A stretch of 64,000 nt of DNA from Chiloscyllium plagiosum (GCF_004010195.1 NC_057712.1:81428696-81492695); one strand, 5' to 3'; shown: positions 23,961 to 37,817, counted from the stretch's first letter. The notes: generated by a model from the letters alone, not told the origin. Translations and numbers: made by a program.

Positions 23961-26779
23961 AGTTGAAGACATCAGAGTGTTCTAATTTAATTATCTGAAT
24001 GGTAGACTGATTCAACAGTTCTAATGTCTGTATAAGTATGCAACTGACCCTCTTGACTTTTTAACTCCACCTCCAAACTGGCCGACTCCCCTTGACATCT
24101 CCCGACATCAACACAATCTTTAAGCCATAAATGCAGACTAATTGTTTCTCCTGTTAATATTGTTTCAAAATGCCAGTTTGAGTTAAGATGATGCCTTTGG
24201 TACTTACAGTTAGTTCTTTACCCTTTTTAAACAATCCACTACTCCTTTACAGTAATTTTCTCATGGAAAAACTAAGTGCAGGGGCTGACTGCTGGGTTTC
24301 CCAGACAGCTACACAGATTCAATGTGATCCTGGATGTTGGGTCAAACATTGCTTTGGAACTATATAAGAACTAGTTTTATGCTTGAATGATATTCTCTAC
24401 TTCAGCTTTCTTTTTTGATGGTTCAGGCACTCTTGGGATTTGGAGGTGTGGATGCTATCACTGCGTTACAATTGAATGTCTTATCTCCTAAGCTTCTTTC
24501 ACATTTAGTGATGCCCAACTCATTAGCAATTTAATGAACAGTCTGTCAAATGTACATTAATATCTCTAGTTTAGGTTCTTAACTGCCTCCTAATTGTAGT
24601 TGACAATTAATTTGGAGGATTTAAGGCAGCTGCATTTTTATTGGCTTCTCCAGCGTGCAGAAGAGAATTCCTGTCCTGTGCATGGACTGAAAGACTTATA
24701 TTGTGAGGAAATCAACAGCAGAAAGTGTTCACAGAAATTTTCAGTAGCTGAAGATTATTGCTTGATTATTTTCTGAACCATAGAATCTAACCCTATACAG
24801 ACATGTTTACCTCTTAATGCTATTCTTTTAGATATCCATTACACTTGATTCATCTCCATAGTTTTCCACACGTTATGTTGTTTTTAATAATTGCTTAACA
24901 TCTACAGGAAACCAATGTATGCAGAAGAATTTAAGGTAAGCCTGATGTGGGAGCTATAATAGTTCAAAAGCTAATTGTTAGATCAATGTTAAACTCCTTC
25001 AAAATGTTTCACTGAAATAATTGCAAATGTTACCTCACATTTGACTGAGTAAAATATACAACTTGTATTTCCCCTACTGAAGTCCAGCATCTTTTGTTGG
25101 GGTGTGCTATGCCTCCAGCCACTGTGGGTGTATCCTACCAGCAACATTTCATTTTGAAAGGACATTCATATGGCTGTCCTCAGTGTGTATGGAAGCCTGT
25201 GAACATAACTAGTTGGTGTAATGCCAGAATATCTCTTATGGACAACACTGGTCCACTAAACAAATTTGCACATCACTGCAAAGAATATGCGCTGGGCTTC
25301 ATTTTGTAACCTGCAGTGTCATTAAAGAATTAGGTAACTAACTTACAGCTAGGGTGACTAACTCACAGCCTAGGTAAGTTTTGAAGAACTTGAACAATTG
25401 CAAAGTGTCTGCAGTGTTTGTGAAGGTGATGTGGTGAGTTCCTGCATTTGCCAAGACAGAGATGTATGTGACCTGTCCACACAAAGGCTGCAACATGTTT
25501 ACAAGGTTATATTGGCAGTCACCTTCTAGGTCAACAGGGAGATAGAACAATGGAGATATGCACAATGTACAATGCACAATGGAGCCAGATGCTGTGTGAT
25601 AGAAATTGACAATAATAGAAATTGTCCAGTTCCAAAGTACTTCAATGTGTATGTTGTTTAACTCACTTCATTGAATTCCTTATTTGGGTCCTCTGCAGCA
25701 GAATTCACCTGTGACCTTGCTCTCTCGTTAACTGGCAAGCATACCACTCTTTACTCCTGTTGTAGCTGTGGCTCATGTATGCTCAGTAATTCACTACGCA
25801 TTGTTCCAACTCAATATTACTCTCCAACTCTCCAAGATATATGCAGTTCCTGTATCTGAGCTGGCAATAAGTGATAAGACTGATTGAAAGGTTCAGCGCT
25901 ATTGCTCGCTCCTCCTCCTGCTGCTGCTGCGATTGGGCAGCAGCTGGGTATTCAAGATTAGAAATTCATAAGTGAAAGCTTTTGTGAGGAAAGGAGGGCG
26001 AGTTTGGCAAACGTGTTGTCCATGGTCAGACCATCAGCAGTTGGTTAGAATGCTGAATAGCACAGCGAGGATGTCTGGCAATTCAGAAGGAACATTATGC
26101 ACAAAAGTATCTTAATTCCTAAATATGCTCAAATGTCTGATGACATGGGCTCTGTTGCTACTGGATTCATGATCCAGAGAGCTATCTTCTCTGCGAAGCT
26201 CAGGAGATATAGGCTGCTTATTTCCTTGGTAACTGTATTCCCTTACATTGTATGTCACCTTATCCTTCAAATGAGAGAGATAAGAACATTAGTAATCATA
26301 TTGCATTTTGTTTGGGGATACACTTATCATAACTAAACAACTGGAGGTATGTGGATGAAGCAAGAGGTGGGAGTGAGACTGAGAGATCTGGTAATAGAGT
26401 GAAGGTGAAATTGAGTATCTGGGTGTTAGTTATTGAACAGCAGGAGATGGTGGCAATGAATTCAGCAGGCAATATCATGTGACAATGCATTTACAGACCC
26501 TAACCCTTCATGAAATCATTCATGGTCATTGGTGGTCCCTCAATTCAAGAACGACATCTGTTTAGTGTCATGAGTTCCTGTCACAGTGATAAACAGATCA
26601 ATTCTTGACCCACAAAATTTTGGATATTTGGGGCAGGATGTCCCAAGCAGCTGGGTGAATTAGAGTGCAGAATTTTCTTCTGTTTCTTTCCTTTTGTGTC
26701 AGCACTCTGCCTCATCATTAAGATGTTGTAAGTTAAAGCATGGTGTAGCTTTATGGACAAGTTGTCATCTTTCTAAATT

Positions 26780-27692
26780 AGCGTGTCTAAAGGATTGACT
26801 AACTAATAGAAATCAGAGGTTTAGGATAAAGGGAAGCTTTTTTGGGATGGCACCTTGAAACTAATGGTGAGCCACAGTGCTGGAGCCACAATTGTTTACA
26901 ATGTATATTAATGACTTAGCCGATGGAATATGATGGGGGAAAGTGCGTGAAGTTATGTGCTGTGGCAGGAAGAATAGAGAAGGTGAATATTATTTTAATG
27001 GAAAAAACATTGCAGAAACCTACATAACAGACAGATCTGGAATTCTTGGTGTATGAATCACAAAAAGCTTATATCTAAGTTCAGCAGCTATAGGAAAGTC
27101 AAATGGAATGTTGGTCTTTAATTCAACGAAAATGCAATAGGGAGGTAAAACTGCACAAGGCACCAGTTAAACCTCAGCTGGAATACTGTGAAAAGTTTAG
27201 GGCCCTTTAACTAAGGAAAGATAGACTGATGTTGGATGCGGTCCAGAGAAGGATAACTCGGCTGATTCAAGGTAAGGATGGACCATCATGTGTGGAGAGG
27301 TTCAGTGGATTGTTTCTGGGAAATTGAGGAATGAAAGCTGACTTTATTCAAACATATCACATTCTTAGAGGACTTGACAGGGTAGATGTGGAAAGGCTCT
27401 TTCCCCCATAGGACAGTCTAGCACTGGAGGGCATAATCTTAGGATAAGAAATTGCACATTTAAGAATTTATTTTGAGGGTTGTGAATCTATTGAATTCTT
27501 TACCAGAGCAGACTGTTGAGATTGGGTCATTAAGTATATTCAAGACTGAGATGAAATTTTAATCAGTAAGGGAATAGGGAGTAGGCAGGAAAGTGAAGTT
27601 GCTGATTATCAGATCAACCATGATCTCATTGAACAGCAGAGCAGACACTATCGGCTAAATGGCTTGCTTCTGGTACTATGTGTTCTGGCCTT
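26780..27692 (+). mobile_element. Degenerate CR1 LINE (RT C-terminus and 3' UTR)
   Basis: Remnants VLEPQLFTMYINDL, PQLEYCEKF, MLDAVQRRITRLIQG, ILRGLDRVDVERLFP; tail GGCTAAATGGCTTGCTTCTGGTACTATGTGTTCT. Confidence 0.8.
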
Positions 27693-27744
27693 AAATGATT
27701 ATCAGTAAGGTCCTCAGAGTGTCAATACTGCTGAGCGGACAACT

Positions 27745-27846
27745 ATAGAATAAAGTAGCATCATACTGGTCTCAAATGTACACTCTGTTTCTCTGTTGAC
27801 ATGCTGCCAGACATGCTGAGTTTCTGCAGCATTGTCTGTATTTTCT
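27745..27846 (+). mobile_element. Old Penelope-like pLTR remnant
   Basis: CTCTGTTTCTCTGTTGACATGCTGCCAGACATGCTGAGTTTCTGCAGCATTGTCTGTATTTT, the same motif as 33770-33870 and 56178-56275. Confidence 0.55.
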
Positions 27847-30356
27847 ATAGAGTGCCTTTGATGTGTTTTCTTTGTCATTCCTAGAATACTGGCTATTTAA
27901 AAACTGAGAAAACAAGATCTAAAGGAGAAGGTGAATTTTGGCCATCTGGATCCACCCAGTCCATCAAAGCTAATTTTGTAGCGGTGTAGGCTGAATGTTT
28001 GTGGAGCTAGCTTCAAGAAGAATTTGTTTGACAGTTTTCCATTGAATCTGGAGGGTGTGGTGCTGGCATAACTGGTGGAATTTCTCTAGCATTTGTAGGT
28101 GTTCCTGACACACAGTCCAGATTTCATTCAGTGGAATGATGACATTTCAAGTAAGTGGAGGGTATTCTAAAAAGGACCGCTCAATCACAGATACTGCTGC
28201 CCTCTGTCCCAGCATGGATGTCTAATGACTTTCATGTTTCTAGTGCCTCTGTGCAGATTTATGACTCTCAGAGTCACAGTCCTGTCCCTGTTGCCAATTC
28301 TCCTTGTCCACAGACTTAACAAATGAATCCAGATGGAAGCCAGTGTGTTATTTTGGTTAATGTTGGGACCTTGGGGTACTGTTGTTGTTCACACTGACTT
28401 GACGAGTTGATCAGCTTTCTGGGACAAGTTGAGCCGCGATGACCGGTACGCTGTGGCAGACTCCTTCCACCTTTCTGGTAGTTGAGACACACTGTCATCC
28501 ATCTTCTGTTCTGTTGCTGGGATTCTTGGGCCACACTTTGGCTGGCACCTCACCTTGAAGTTGCTGCTATGGGTGATCTTCCCAGGAGCAAGAATTTCCT
28601 GACTGCATTGCACTTAGCGGATGACACTGGCTTTTCAACCAAATCAAAGCGGTGGTCCACACAAAACTGATATCATTAGACTCCTGTGATTACTTGCTTC
28701 CACTCCCTTCTGAGGTTGGTCCTTGTTAGATGGACTCATGGTCCCTGCAGAACAATGTTTTCTTTCTTTGTTAACATCCTGCACCACTAACCACTTCTGT
28801 GCTGCAGCCATGATGCTGGAACACCCCTTTGTTCTGCTTATTAATTTTCAAAGTTTCAAATTCCAGAAATGTTATGCAGTGGCACATCCCTTTGAGAGGG
28901 ATTGCCTTTAAGAAGTTCCAGGTGGCTGGATCATGTGTTATTAGTGCTATAAAGATCAGCCTGTTGTTCTGTGTCAAGACAGCCATTTGCCTGAAGAGGC
29001 AACAAGCATTATGATACCTGCTTGACCTATGTTTATTATTATGGTAGCAAAGTGGGACCACTCTACTGGAACCGCCACAGGAAGTTACAAATTGTGATCA
29101 CTGTGCCCAAATATCAGTATAACCTAATTTCTAGTACAAAGTGTGAAACGGAAGGGTCCCCAACTGCTGACACTGCTCTCAATTCATACTTCACAGCATA
29201 AATCCATGCTCAATGCAGTTTGTTTGCATAAATTTTATTGCATAGTCGAATTGAGAGTCAAAGTACATACTTCCTGAAGTAGTTTTGCAAAATTACTAAT
29301 AATACAGCTTCTGTGGGTCAAATTTCCAAGGATAAGTATAATGAAAAAAATATCAATTAAATAAAAATCTGCTCAATTAAAGAAAATCAAACAAACAAGT
29401 CATGACCATATCTGGGTGGCTGTGTATTTTATTGATACTCCCTCAAAAAATCCTTACGTTAACATACAAAGTCAATTTAAATTAAATGCTTATACTGTAG
29501 AAATCAGTACTGGAAATTGCTTATGTTATTGCTGAGAGTACATGAAGCAAAATGGCCTTTGTATTCATTCAGTCCTTCAGTTAATTGAGGCAGGAATTAG
29601 TATCTTGTTATCCATGCCATAAAATGATGATTAAAATAAGATAAAAGTCCATGGTCACATCCTGTGGGATGATTAGGGATTCTTATCTATAGTTACTGTA
29701 ATGCAGAGAATAATTTGAGTTACTTGGCTAATGGCAGAGATCACAGCTTTGTCCCTTTAGAATCTTCCCACTGTTATTAAAGTGCTTCAAGTGTAATAAA
29801 CTGCCTCTGAATGAGAGTAAATTACAAATTAGTACTGAATGTGACAAGCAATTCAAACTACTAAAGTCTGTTTGTTGTCTAATAAAATTGTTAGTTGTAT
29901 CTGTTGCAAGATTAGAATGATTTTTACAGCAATACTTAATTTATCACACTGAAACTAATATTTTAATAATCACAGAATCATACATTTTTACAGCACTGAA
30001 GAAGACCATCCAGCTCAAAGCTGTGGTGAAAGATGCATTCATTATAAATAATTCCCTTAACCTTATCCTTTTCATTCATTTAAAGTTTTCATTTTTGAAC
30101 ACTGATTCACTTCAGTTAGAGGTTATTATAGATTTTGCTTCTATCATTGATTTCAGGTCAATATCATAACAACTGTTTGGGCACAAGTTTGAATTATTTC
30201 ATTCAATCCCCAGCAGAAAATTGATGAAGAGCCCACTATGCTCTACCAGGCTGCCCAGCAGTCATTTAATGCTTCAAGGGGCATTAAATAGTTCAGAAGG
30301 AGACTTCACACTACTCTGGGAAGGAAGCATTGCCTCCAAGAGTTGTCTCCCAACAA

Positions 30357-31084
30357 GGGCAGGACATATACAATTAAAGGCATGATCCTGGGTAGTGTTG
30401 TGGAACAGAGAAAGACTAGGGGTTCAGGTAGATAATTCTTTGAAATTTGAGACAAAGAAGTTGTTTAAGAAGTTGTTTAGCACACTTGCCTTCATTGCTC
30501 AGACCTTTGAGTTTAGGAATTGGGATGTCATGTTGACAGTGTGGAATACTGTGTACACTTCTGGTCACCCTGCTGTAGGAAGGATATCATTATTTTGGAG
30601 AGGATTCAGAAAAAAAAAATTACCAGGGTGTGAATGGGAATGGAGGGTTTGAGTTATAAAAATAGACTGGATAGCCTGGGACTTTTCTCGTTGGAGCACA
30701 GGAGGTTGAGGGGTGACCTTATAGAGGTTTATAAACTCATGAGGGGCATAGATAAGCTGAATTGCAAGGGTCTTTTCCTGCGGGTGGGGGAGTTCAAAAC
30801 TAGGGGACATATTTTTAAGGTGACAGGACAGAGTTTTAAAAATGTCATGGGAAGTAATTTTTTTTTACACAACGAGTGGTTTGAGTGTGGAATGTACTAC
30901 CAGAAGAAGTGATGGATGCAGGCACAGTTACAATGGTTATAAACCATTTGGATCAGTACATGATTAGGAAAGTTATGGAGGGATATGGGCCAAATGCAGG
31001 CAAGTGTGACTAGTTTAGTTTGGGAATGTGGTTGGCATGGACTAGTTGGGCCAAAGGGTCTGTTTCCGTGCTATATGACTCTAT
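30357..31084 (+). mobile_element. CR1/HER1-type LINE 3' end
   Basis: ORF remnant MEGLSYKNRLDSLGLFSLEHRRLRGDLIEVYKLMRGIDK...FKTRGHIFKV; tail GGGCCAAAGGGTCTGTTTCCGTGCTATATGACTCTAT. Confidence 0.9.
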
Positions 31085-33767
31085 ATGGCTGACAGTCTGC
31101 TGGTCCCAGCAGCACAATGGCAACTCTTGGGATTCCATGCAGTTGCATTGAAGACCATTGTTGGAATTGAAAGGAGAAGTAAGTGGAAGACTTTTGGCAA
31201 TGTCATGCATTTGTGATGGGGTCCTTCAATGAGTCCAAGAGGTCTGTAAGAAAGGATAAATTCCCCATTTTCGACCAATAAACCAATGTGTGACAGCTGG
31301 TGGTCTTTGAACCCTGTTGTCTCCTCTGTCCACAATGGAAACAGTTGTACCAGGACCAGAAGGTATCTGTTAAAGATATTTAACTAGTTAAAGGTTAGGT
31401 GGGCCATTTGATGTATCTCCAGCCGCACATAAAATTGTGGAGGTGTTGGGACAGTGGATGGATGCCCTGACTGTCTGGCTGCCATCTGCTCCTGGAAAGT
31501 ATACGATACTGCCCTGTGTGTAAACTAGATGTCTCCTAATCTGTCATTTCTTACATTTGTTGGTAATCATTTTAAATGCATGCCTTTTGGTTATCGACCT
31601 GATCACTAAAACTGTAGTACTGTACGTCTAATCTTGTGGCCTCTGTGAGCGTGTCTTGTTACTAGAAATCTGAGATTTCCAAATCACTATAAACAACTAA
31701 CCTCCAAAATAATATTCTTCCAACATCCTTATTTCATAGTTTATCATATTTATTTATCAGTTGTCAGTAGTTTTTAGCAAAGTTGTTGATTGCCAGTGTC
31801 ATTAACACAATTTCACATAGATTTATTGAATTACATGCAGTATCTGATAACTGCTTTATCAAAGTGCAAGCTTTTAAGTGCTAGCTCAAGTCCGAGAGGT
31901 GGGAGACATTTCTATGCAGTTTATACTGTCTACCTCTGCATAGTAAGTCCCTGGTCTGCTGATTTATAAATGTTGTCCTATCCTTTTACAAAACTATATT
32001 TACCAGAATTTACAACTTTGCCACTTCTCAGGTGAAGACCTTGTCTTATGTTAAATATTTTTTATGTTCTAGCAATTGCATATTTTTCAAGTACAATCCT
32101 AGTCACTAATTCTTTAGTTCTTTTTGCATGTATCTAGCATTAAGTTTAATCTTTTGGCAAATGGCAAAGCTAGCCCTCATGAGTTAGGTCCAGCCATACT
32201 GAAATATAATATTTGCTCAGAACTACAGTAAGTTGCTTGCGAGTTTTGAAGAGTACTGTTGCCGAGTACTTCTGAAAAAAAAAGCAATCAGGCCTTGCAT
32301 CTTATGGCAAAAATAGAGCACGGTCAAGAGAATTTAAAACTGCAGAAAGTAATCTCTGATGGATTAAGAACAGAGCAGCAATTTTGCATATTCAGATTGA
32401 TTCAAAGAGCAAAAATGCTCAAATTTGCACAACATTGCTATCATTTAAATTTATTTTGCATTATATTTCAATCAATTTCACTCAGTAAGATAGAGGTATT
32501 ACTGAACCCATATTTAATGTCTCAAGAAAATTATGTTTCTATCGCTAAAGCTGACATTCAAGAACTATTCAGACATGGCTATTTTATTTTCATGAATGTG
32601 ATACATCCAAGTTAAGTCAACTGGTAGCAATGATTAATTAAAACAATGGAATTTCTCATGTTGGCAGTCGGCAGTGGCAAGTATTGTCACTGATTTGTAT
32701 TAACTAATATCAAGATGTAATGCATTATTGCAAGAAATGAAGTGAAAAGGTTATAAATATTAAGCTATTGTTATCAAAAATGTTATTTCTCCTTTTGTGT
32801 ATTAAAGCAAATAAAATTAATAATTCAATGGTGCACCAAAGTCCTTATATTTTATTTTCCCAAGCTCAGGATTGAACAGAAGTGGGCTTTTGAGGCTTAC
32901 AAGCCTGTTCCTTTCTTAACTTGGACCATTGTTAATCTGTATCGTAACTCTAACTTCCTTGCCTCCCCTGTGGGAGTTCTGTAAGCCTTTATACACTTAG
33001 CCAACAACAAATGATGCTACACATTTGAGAATTGTGCTGCATTGGAAATGACAAAAAATTAGGATATTTTGACTGTACAAAAATAGGGCTTTCCTGCTTG
33101 GTGACATTTCTTTTTAAGATGCTTTATCTCAATGCTTCCACCTCACAGCTCTGTTAATGTGGCTGGGCTAAGGTCTCAACTGCATTGGTGCCAGAAAATG
33201 TGATACAGCATTTGGGTCATCCTCAGGTAAAAACTCTGAGAGTTTGAAAGGTAAATAAACAAATCTCATGCAAAACAAAGGAGATTGGTCCTTACAAAAC
33301 TTATTATACAGATGGATAATGAAAGATAACGAGTGACATTAATGTACTTCAACAAACTTGGATATTTTCATTAGCTGAAAGTGTTAAAAGTTATATTTAT
33401 TGACTATCTTCTCACTGTAGCTCAGTGCCAGTTGAAGTTTCTTGTTAAGTTAATAAGCAGTGGCTGTGATTGTGCCAGAGAATTTCAGTGCATTGAGAAT
33501 TTCATTATGATAAGTGCTCGCAGTATAGAAAGTAAGTGGAATTTTTGAATGATCCATGGGGAAAAGGCTTAATTAAAAATCGCATCATTGAGAAACTTTT
33601 CTTTGTGGCATTATGAAGTACTGGACTGCTTTGATGTCTTGAAGTCAGATCTAATCAACATAACCTCCAATACAATCAATTTGAGACAGTGACAATGATC
33701 TTGTTTTACTTGTATTTGAGAAAAAAAACATTTAGTTGCTTGTCAGATGAGTGATAATGCTATATTT

Positions 33768-33872
33768 AATTCAGAAGAAGTGACATGCTGAATTTGAAAC
33801 ATTAACTGTGTTATTCTCTCCCTAGATGCTGCAGACCTGCTGAAATTCTCCAACACTTTCTGCACTTTTGTT
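33768..33872 (+). mobile_element. Old Penelope-like pLTR remnant with eroded hammerhead
   Basis: AATTCAGAAGAAG...TTGAAACATTAACT...AGATGCTGCAGACCTGCTGAAATTCTCCAACACTTTCTG. Confidence 0.55.
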
Positions 33873-33919
33873 GTTACATTGTAAGTTATTCTTTACTTCG
33901 AGAAGTCATCAAGATACTC

Positions 33920-34490
33920 GAGTCATAGAGTCATAGAGATATACAGCATGGAAACAAACCCTTCAGTCATACTTGTTCATGCCAAACAATATCCAAAATT
34001 AATCTAGTCCCATTTGCCAGCACTTGGTCCATATTCCTCTAAACCTTCCTATTCATTAACCCATCCAGATGTCTTTTAAACCTTGTAATTGTACCAGCCT
34101 CCATCACTTCCTCTGTTAGAGATAAAAAAAAAACTACAGATGCTGGAATCCAAGGTAGACACGCAGGAGGCTGGAAGAACACAGCAAGCCAGACCACATC
34201 AGGAGGTGGAGACTTTTGGGTATAACCTGAAGAAGGGCTGTATCTGAAACATTGACTTTTCCACCTCCTGATGCTGCCTGATTGCTCTGTTCTTCTAGTC
34301 TCATGTTCGTTCACCACTTCTTCTGACAGCTCATTCCATATATGCACCACCCTGTGTGTGAATAAGTTGTCCCTTGGGTCCTCTCATCTTAAAACTATGC
34401 CCTCTAGTTCTGTACTCCCCCAGCCCTGGGAAAAGACCTTGTCTATTTATCCTATCCATGCCCCTCATGATTTTATAAACCTCTATAAGG
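33920..34490 (-). mobile_element. CR1/HER1-type LINE 3' end
   Basis: (GAGTCATA)2 tail, TACAGCATGGAAACAAACCCTTC, and the reverse of LIEVYKIMRGMDR; interrupted at 34116-34311. Confidence 0.85.
34116..34311 (-). mobile_element. Foldback Penelope-like pLTR element, ~14-bp TSD
   Basis: Same subfamily as 18221-18401 in the opposite orientation; arms CATCAGGAGGTGGA / TCCACCTCCTGATG. TSD CATCACTTCCTCTG (34102-34115) / CACCACTTCTTCTG (34312-34325). Confidence 0.8.
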
Positions 34491-34920
34491 GAAACTAATA
34501 TTTTGATCTAATGTTACACAAACAATTGAAAAATAAGGATACATCTTATTATTTAAATTTAATTAATTTGCTGAAAAGCACTCTCTGTAATCTGGAGGAA
34601 TTTCCAATATTATAGATTAAATGTCAATAACCTTCTCCATTGCACCAGCATAAGTGACAAAATCTTCTGTTCAGGACATCTCACTCATTCTAACTCTGTT
34701 ACTGTTGTCACCTCCAATCTAGTCTCATTCTCTACCATTCTCATTATTTCCTGCAATGCCTTCCATCTCTCGCTGTCACTGAGCCCAACCCCTGACGCTC
34801 TAACCCTGCTAATCAATTGCTTGGGACATCTCCCTACCTGCAACAAAAGTAACAGCTCAGCTGTGCACTTTTATCTCCTTTAAAATATGTGTCTGATATT
34901 CAAGAGGAAAACAACTCACA

Positions 34921-35052
34921 ATTTTTAATCATTCATGGAATGTAGGCATCACTGGCTGGGCCAGCATTTATTGCCCAGGGAGCAGTTAAGAGTCAGCCAC
35001 ATTGCTGTGTGTCTGGATTCACATGGAGGTTAGTCCAGGTAAGAATGGCAGG
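34921..35052 (-). mobile_element. SINE 3' fragment sharing a CR1-clade tail (SacSINE/DeuSINE-like, family name tentative)
   Basis: Reverse complement CTTACCTGGACTAACCTCCATGTGAATCCAGACACACAGCAATGTGGCTGACTCTTAACTGC...GGGCAATAAATGCTGGCCCAGCCAGTGATGCCTACATTCCATGAATGA. Confidence 0.6.
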
Positions 35053-35239
35053 TGAGAAAAGTGGCTAGTTTCCCAACGGTGTATCCCATGGAGATCTGTC
35101 TGCTAGTTAGATGGGGAAATTCTTGCTCCAATCTGGGGCAATGTTAGACATGGATGTGGGACAATGAAGTTGCCTAGGAAAGTCACTCCCTTGCCCTTGT
35201 CTGTGACAACCATCTCCATTCTACAAAAAAAAATAAAAA

Positions 35240-35501
35240 GATATAATTATTATCCCTGAATATGTCCTGTTCTACCAGCAAGACAAACCTAACAGAGATA
35301 TTAGCAAAAATTATTACAGTCAGGGGTTGCCTTGGGAATCTTAAACAATGATTTGGATGCCATGAAGTCTCTTGTGATTACAACGTGCTGCCACCCTCTT
35401 CAGATGATGAATCAGTGCACCTCCATGTTGAACATCACTTGAAGAAAGCACTAAGTGCGCCAATGTTCTGCAGGGGCAGTGGCCATCAACAAGAATGGCT
35501 C
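35240..35501 (+). mobile_element. CR1-clade LINE ORF2 endonuclease, left flank of the array
   Basis: Remnants IIPEYVLFYQQDKPNRD, ITT..PPSSDDESVHLHVEHHLKKAL, HQQEWL running directly into the first array unit GNITTDRNDPVL. Confidence 0.8.
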
Positions 35502-35802
35502 GGCAACATCACTACTGACCGAAATGATCCAGTCCTCAGCTTCATCACTACTGATCGAAATGATCCAGTCCGCGGTACCATTATTACTGATCGAAATAAT
35601 CCAGTCCGCGGTACCATTATTACTGATCGAAATAATCCAGTCCGCGGTACCATTACTATTGATCGAAATTATCCAGTCCTCAGCACCATCCCTACTGAGT
35701 GAAATGATCCAGTCCTCAGTACCATCACCGCTGATTGAAATGATCCAGTTCTCAGTGCCATCATGACTGATTGAAATGATCCAGTCCTCCATATCATCAT
35801 TA

Positions 35803-35938
35803 CTGTGTGTCTGGATTCACATGGAGGTTAGTCCAGGTAAGAATGGCAGGTGAGAAAAGTGGTTAGTTTCCCAATGGTGTATCCCATGGAGATCTGTCTG
35901 CTAGTTAGATGGGGAAATTCTTGCTTCAATCTGGGGCA
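35803..35938 (+). repeat. 136-bp copy of the upstream flank (35005-35140) embedded in the array
   Basis: Identical to 35005-35140 except for three C/T differences. Confidence 0.95.
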
Positions 35939-37710
35939 CCATCACTACTGATCAAAATGATCCAGTCCTCAGCATCTTTCACTACTGATCGAAATGATCC
36001 AATCCTCAGTACCATCATTACTAATTGAAACAATCCAGTCCTCAGTACAATCATGACTGATCGAAAGATCCAGTCCTAAATACAATCATGACTGATTGAA
36101 ATGATCCAGTCCTCCTTATCATCATTACTGATCAAAATGATCCTGTCCTCAGTACAATCACAACTGATCAAAATGATTCAGTCCTTGGTACCATCAATAC
36201 TCATCGAAATAACCCAGTCCTCAGTACAATCATAACTGGTTGAAATGATCCAGTCCTTGGTACCATCACCACTGATCAAAATTATCCAATCCTCATTATC
36301 ATCACGACTGATCAAAATGATCCAGTCCTCGGTATCATCACTACTCATTGAAATGATCCAGTCCTCAGTACAATCACGACTGATCGAAATGATCCAGTCC
36401 TCAGTATCATCACAATTCATTGAAACGATCCAGTCCTCAGTACAATCATGACTGATTAAAATGATCCAGTCCTTGGTACAATCACTACTGATTGAAATGA
36501 TCAGTCCTTGGTACAATCACGACTGATCAAAATGATCCAGACCTCGGTACGATCACCACTCATTGAAATGATCCAGTTCCTCAGTACCATCACAACTGAT
36601 CGAAATGATCCAGTCCTTGGTACAATCGCTACTGATCAAAATGATCCAGTCCTCGGTACGATCACTACTCATCGAAATGATCCAGTCCTCAGTACCATCA
36701 CTACAGATCGAAAGATTCAGTCTTTGGTATCATCACTACCGATCGAAATGATCCAGTCCTCTGCACCATCACAACTGATTGAAATGATAAGTCCTCAGTA
36801 CAATCACAACTGATCGAAATGATCCAGTCGTCGGCACCATCACTACTGATTGAAATGATCCAGTCCTAAATACCATCACTACTGATTGAAATGATCCAGT
36901 CCTTTGTACGATAACTAGTCATCGAAATGATCCAGTCCTCAGTACCATCACTACTGATCGAAATAATCCAGTCCTCAGCACCATCACTACAGATCGAAAC
37001 GATACAGTCTTTGGTACCATTACTACCGATCGATGTGATCTAGTCCTCTGCACCATCACTCCTGATCAAAACGATCCAGTCCTCAGTAGCATCACTACGG
37101 ATTGAAATGATCCAGCCCTCTGCACCATCGCGACTGATCAAAATTATCCAGTCCTCGGTATCATCACTACTCATCGAAATAATCCAGTCCTCAGTACAAT
37201 CATGACTGATCGAAATGATCCAGTCCTCAGTACCATCACTCCTGATCAAAATGATCCAGTCCTCAGTAGCATCACTACGGATCGAAATGATCCAGCCCTC
37301 TGCACCATCGCGACTGATCAAAATGATCAGTGCTCGGTACAATCACGACTGATAAAAATGATCCAGTCCTCAGCAACGTCATTACTGATCGAAATGATCC
37401 AGCCCTCGGTACCATCACAACTAATCAAAATGATCTCGGCCTCAGCAAGATCACTACTAACCGAAATGAACCAATCCTCAATACCATCCTTACTGATCGA
37501 AATGATACAGTCCTTAGTGCCCTCATGACTGATTGAAATGATCCAGTCCTCCTTATCATCACTACTCATCAAAATAATCCAGTCCTCAGTACAATCACGA
37601 CTGATCAAAATGATCCAGTCCTCATTATCATCACGACTGATCAAAATGATCCAGTCCTCATTATCATCACTACTGATTGAAATAATCCAGTCATCGGCAC
37701 CAACACTACG

Positions 37711-37817
37711 GAAACGTCGATTCTCCTGTTCCCTGGATGCTGCCTGACCTGCTGCGCTTTTCCAGCAACACATTTCCAGCTCTGATCTCCAGCATCTGCA
37801 GAACTCACTTTCTCCTC
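37711..37817 (+). mobile_element. Penelope-like pLTR fragment inserted in the array
   Basis: GAAACGTCGATTCTCCTGTTCCCTGGATGCTGCCTGACCTGCTGCGCTTTTCCAGC...CAGCATCTGCAGAACTCACTTTCTCCTC, a close relative of 11956-12087. Only the 3' half of the hammerhead is present. Confidence 0.85.

Noticed and set aside
24654-24776. B-box-like peptide RAEENSCPVHGLKDLYCEEINSRKC
   Set aside because: Ligand spacing and the later Cys/His residues do not fit, it ends in a stop, and no other TRIM exons are visible.
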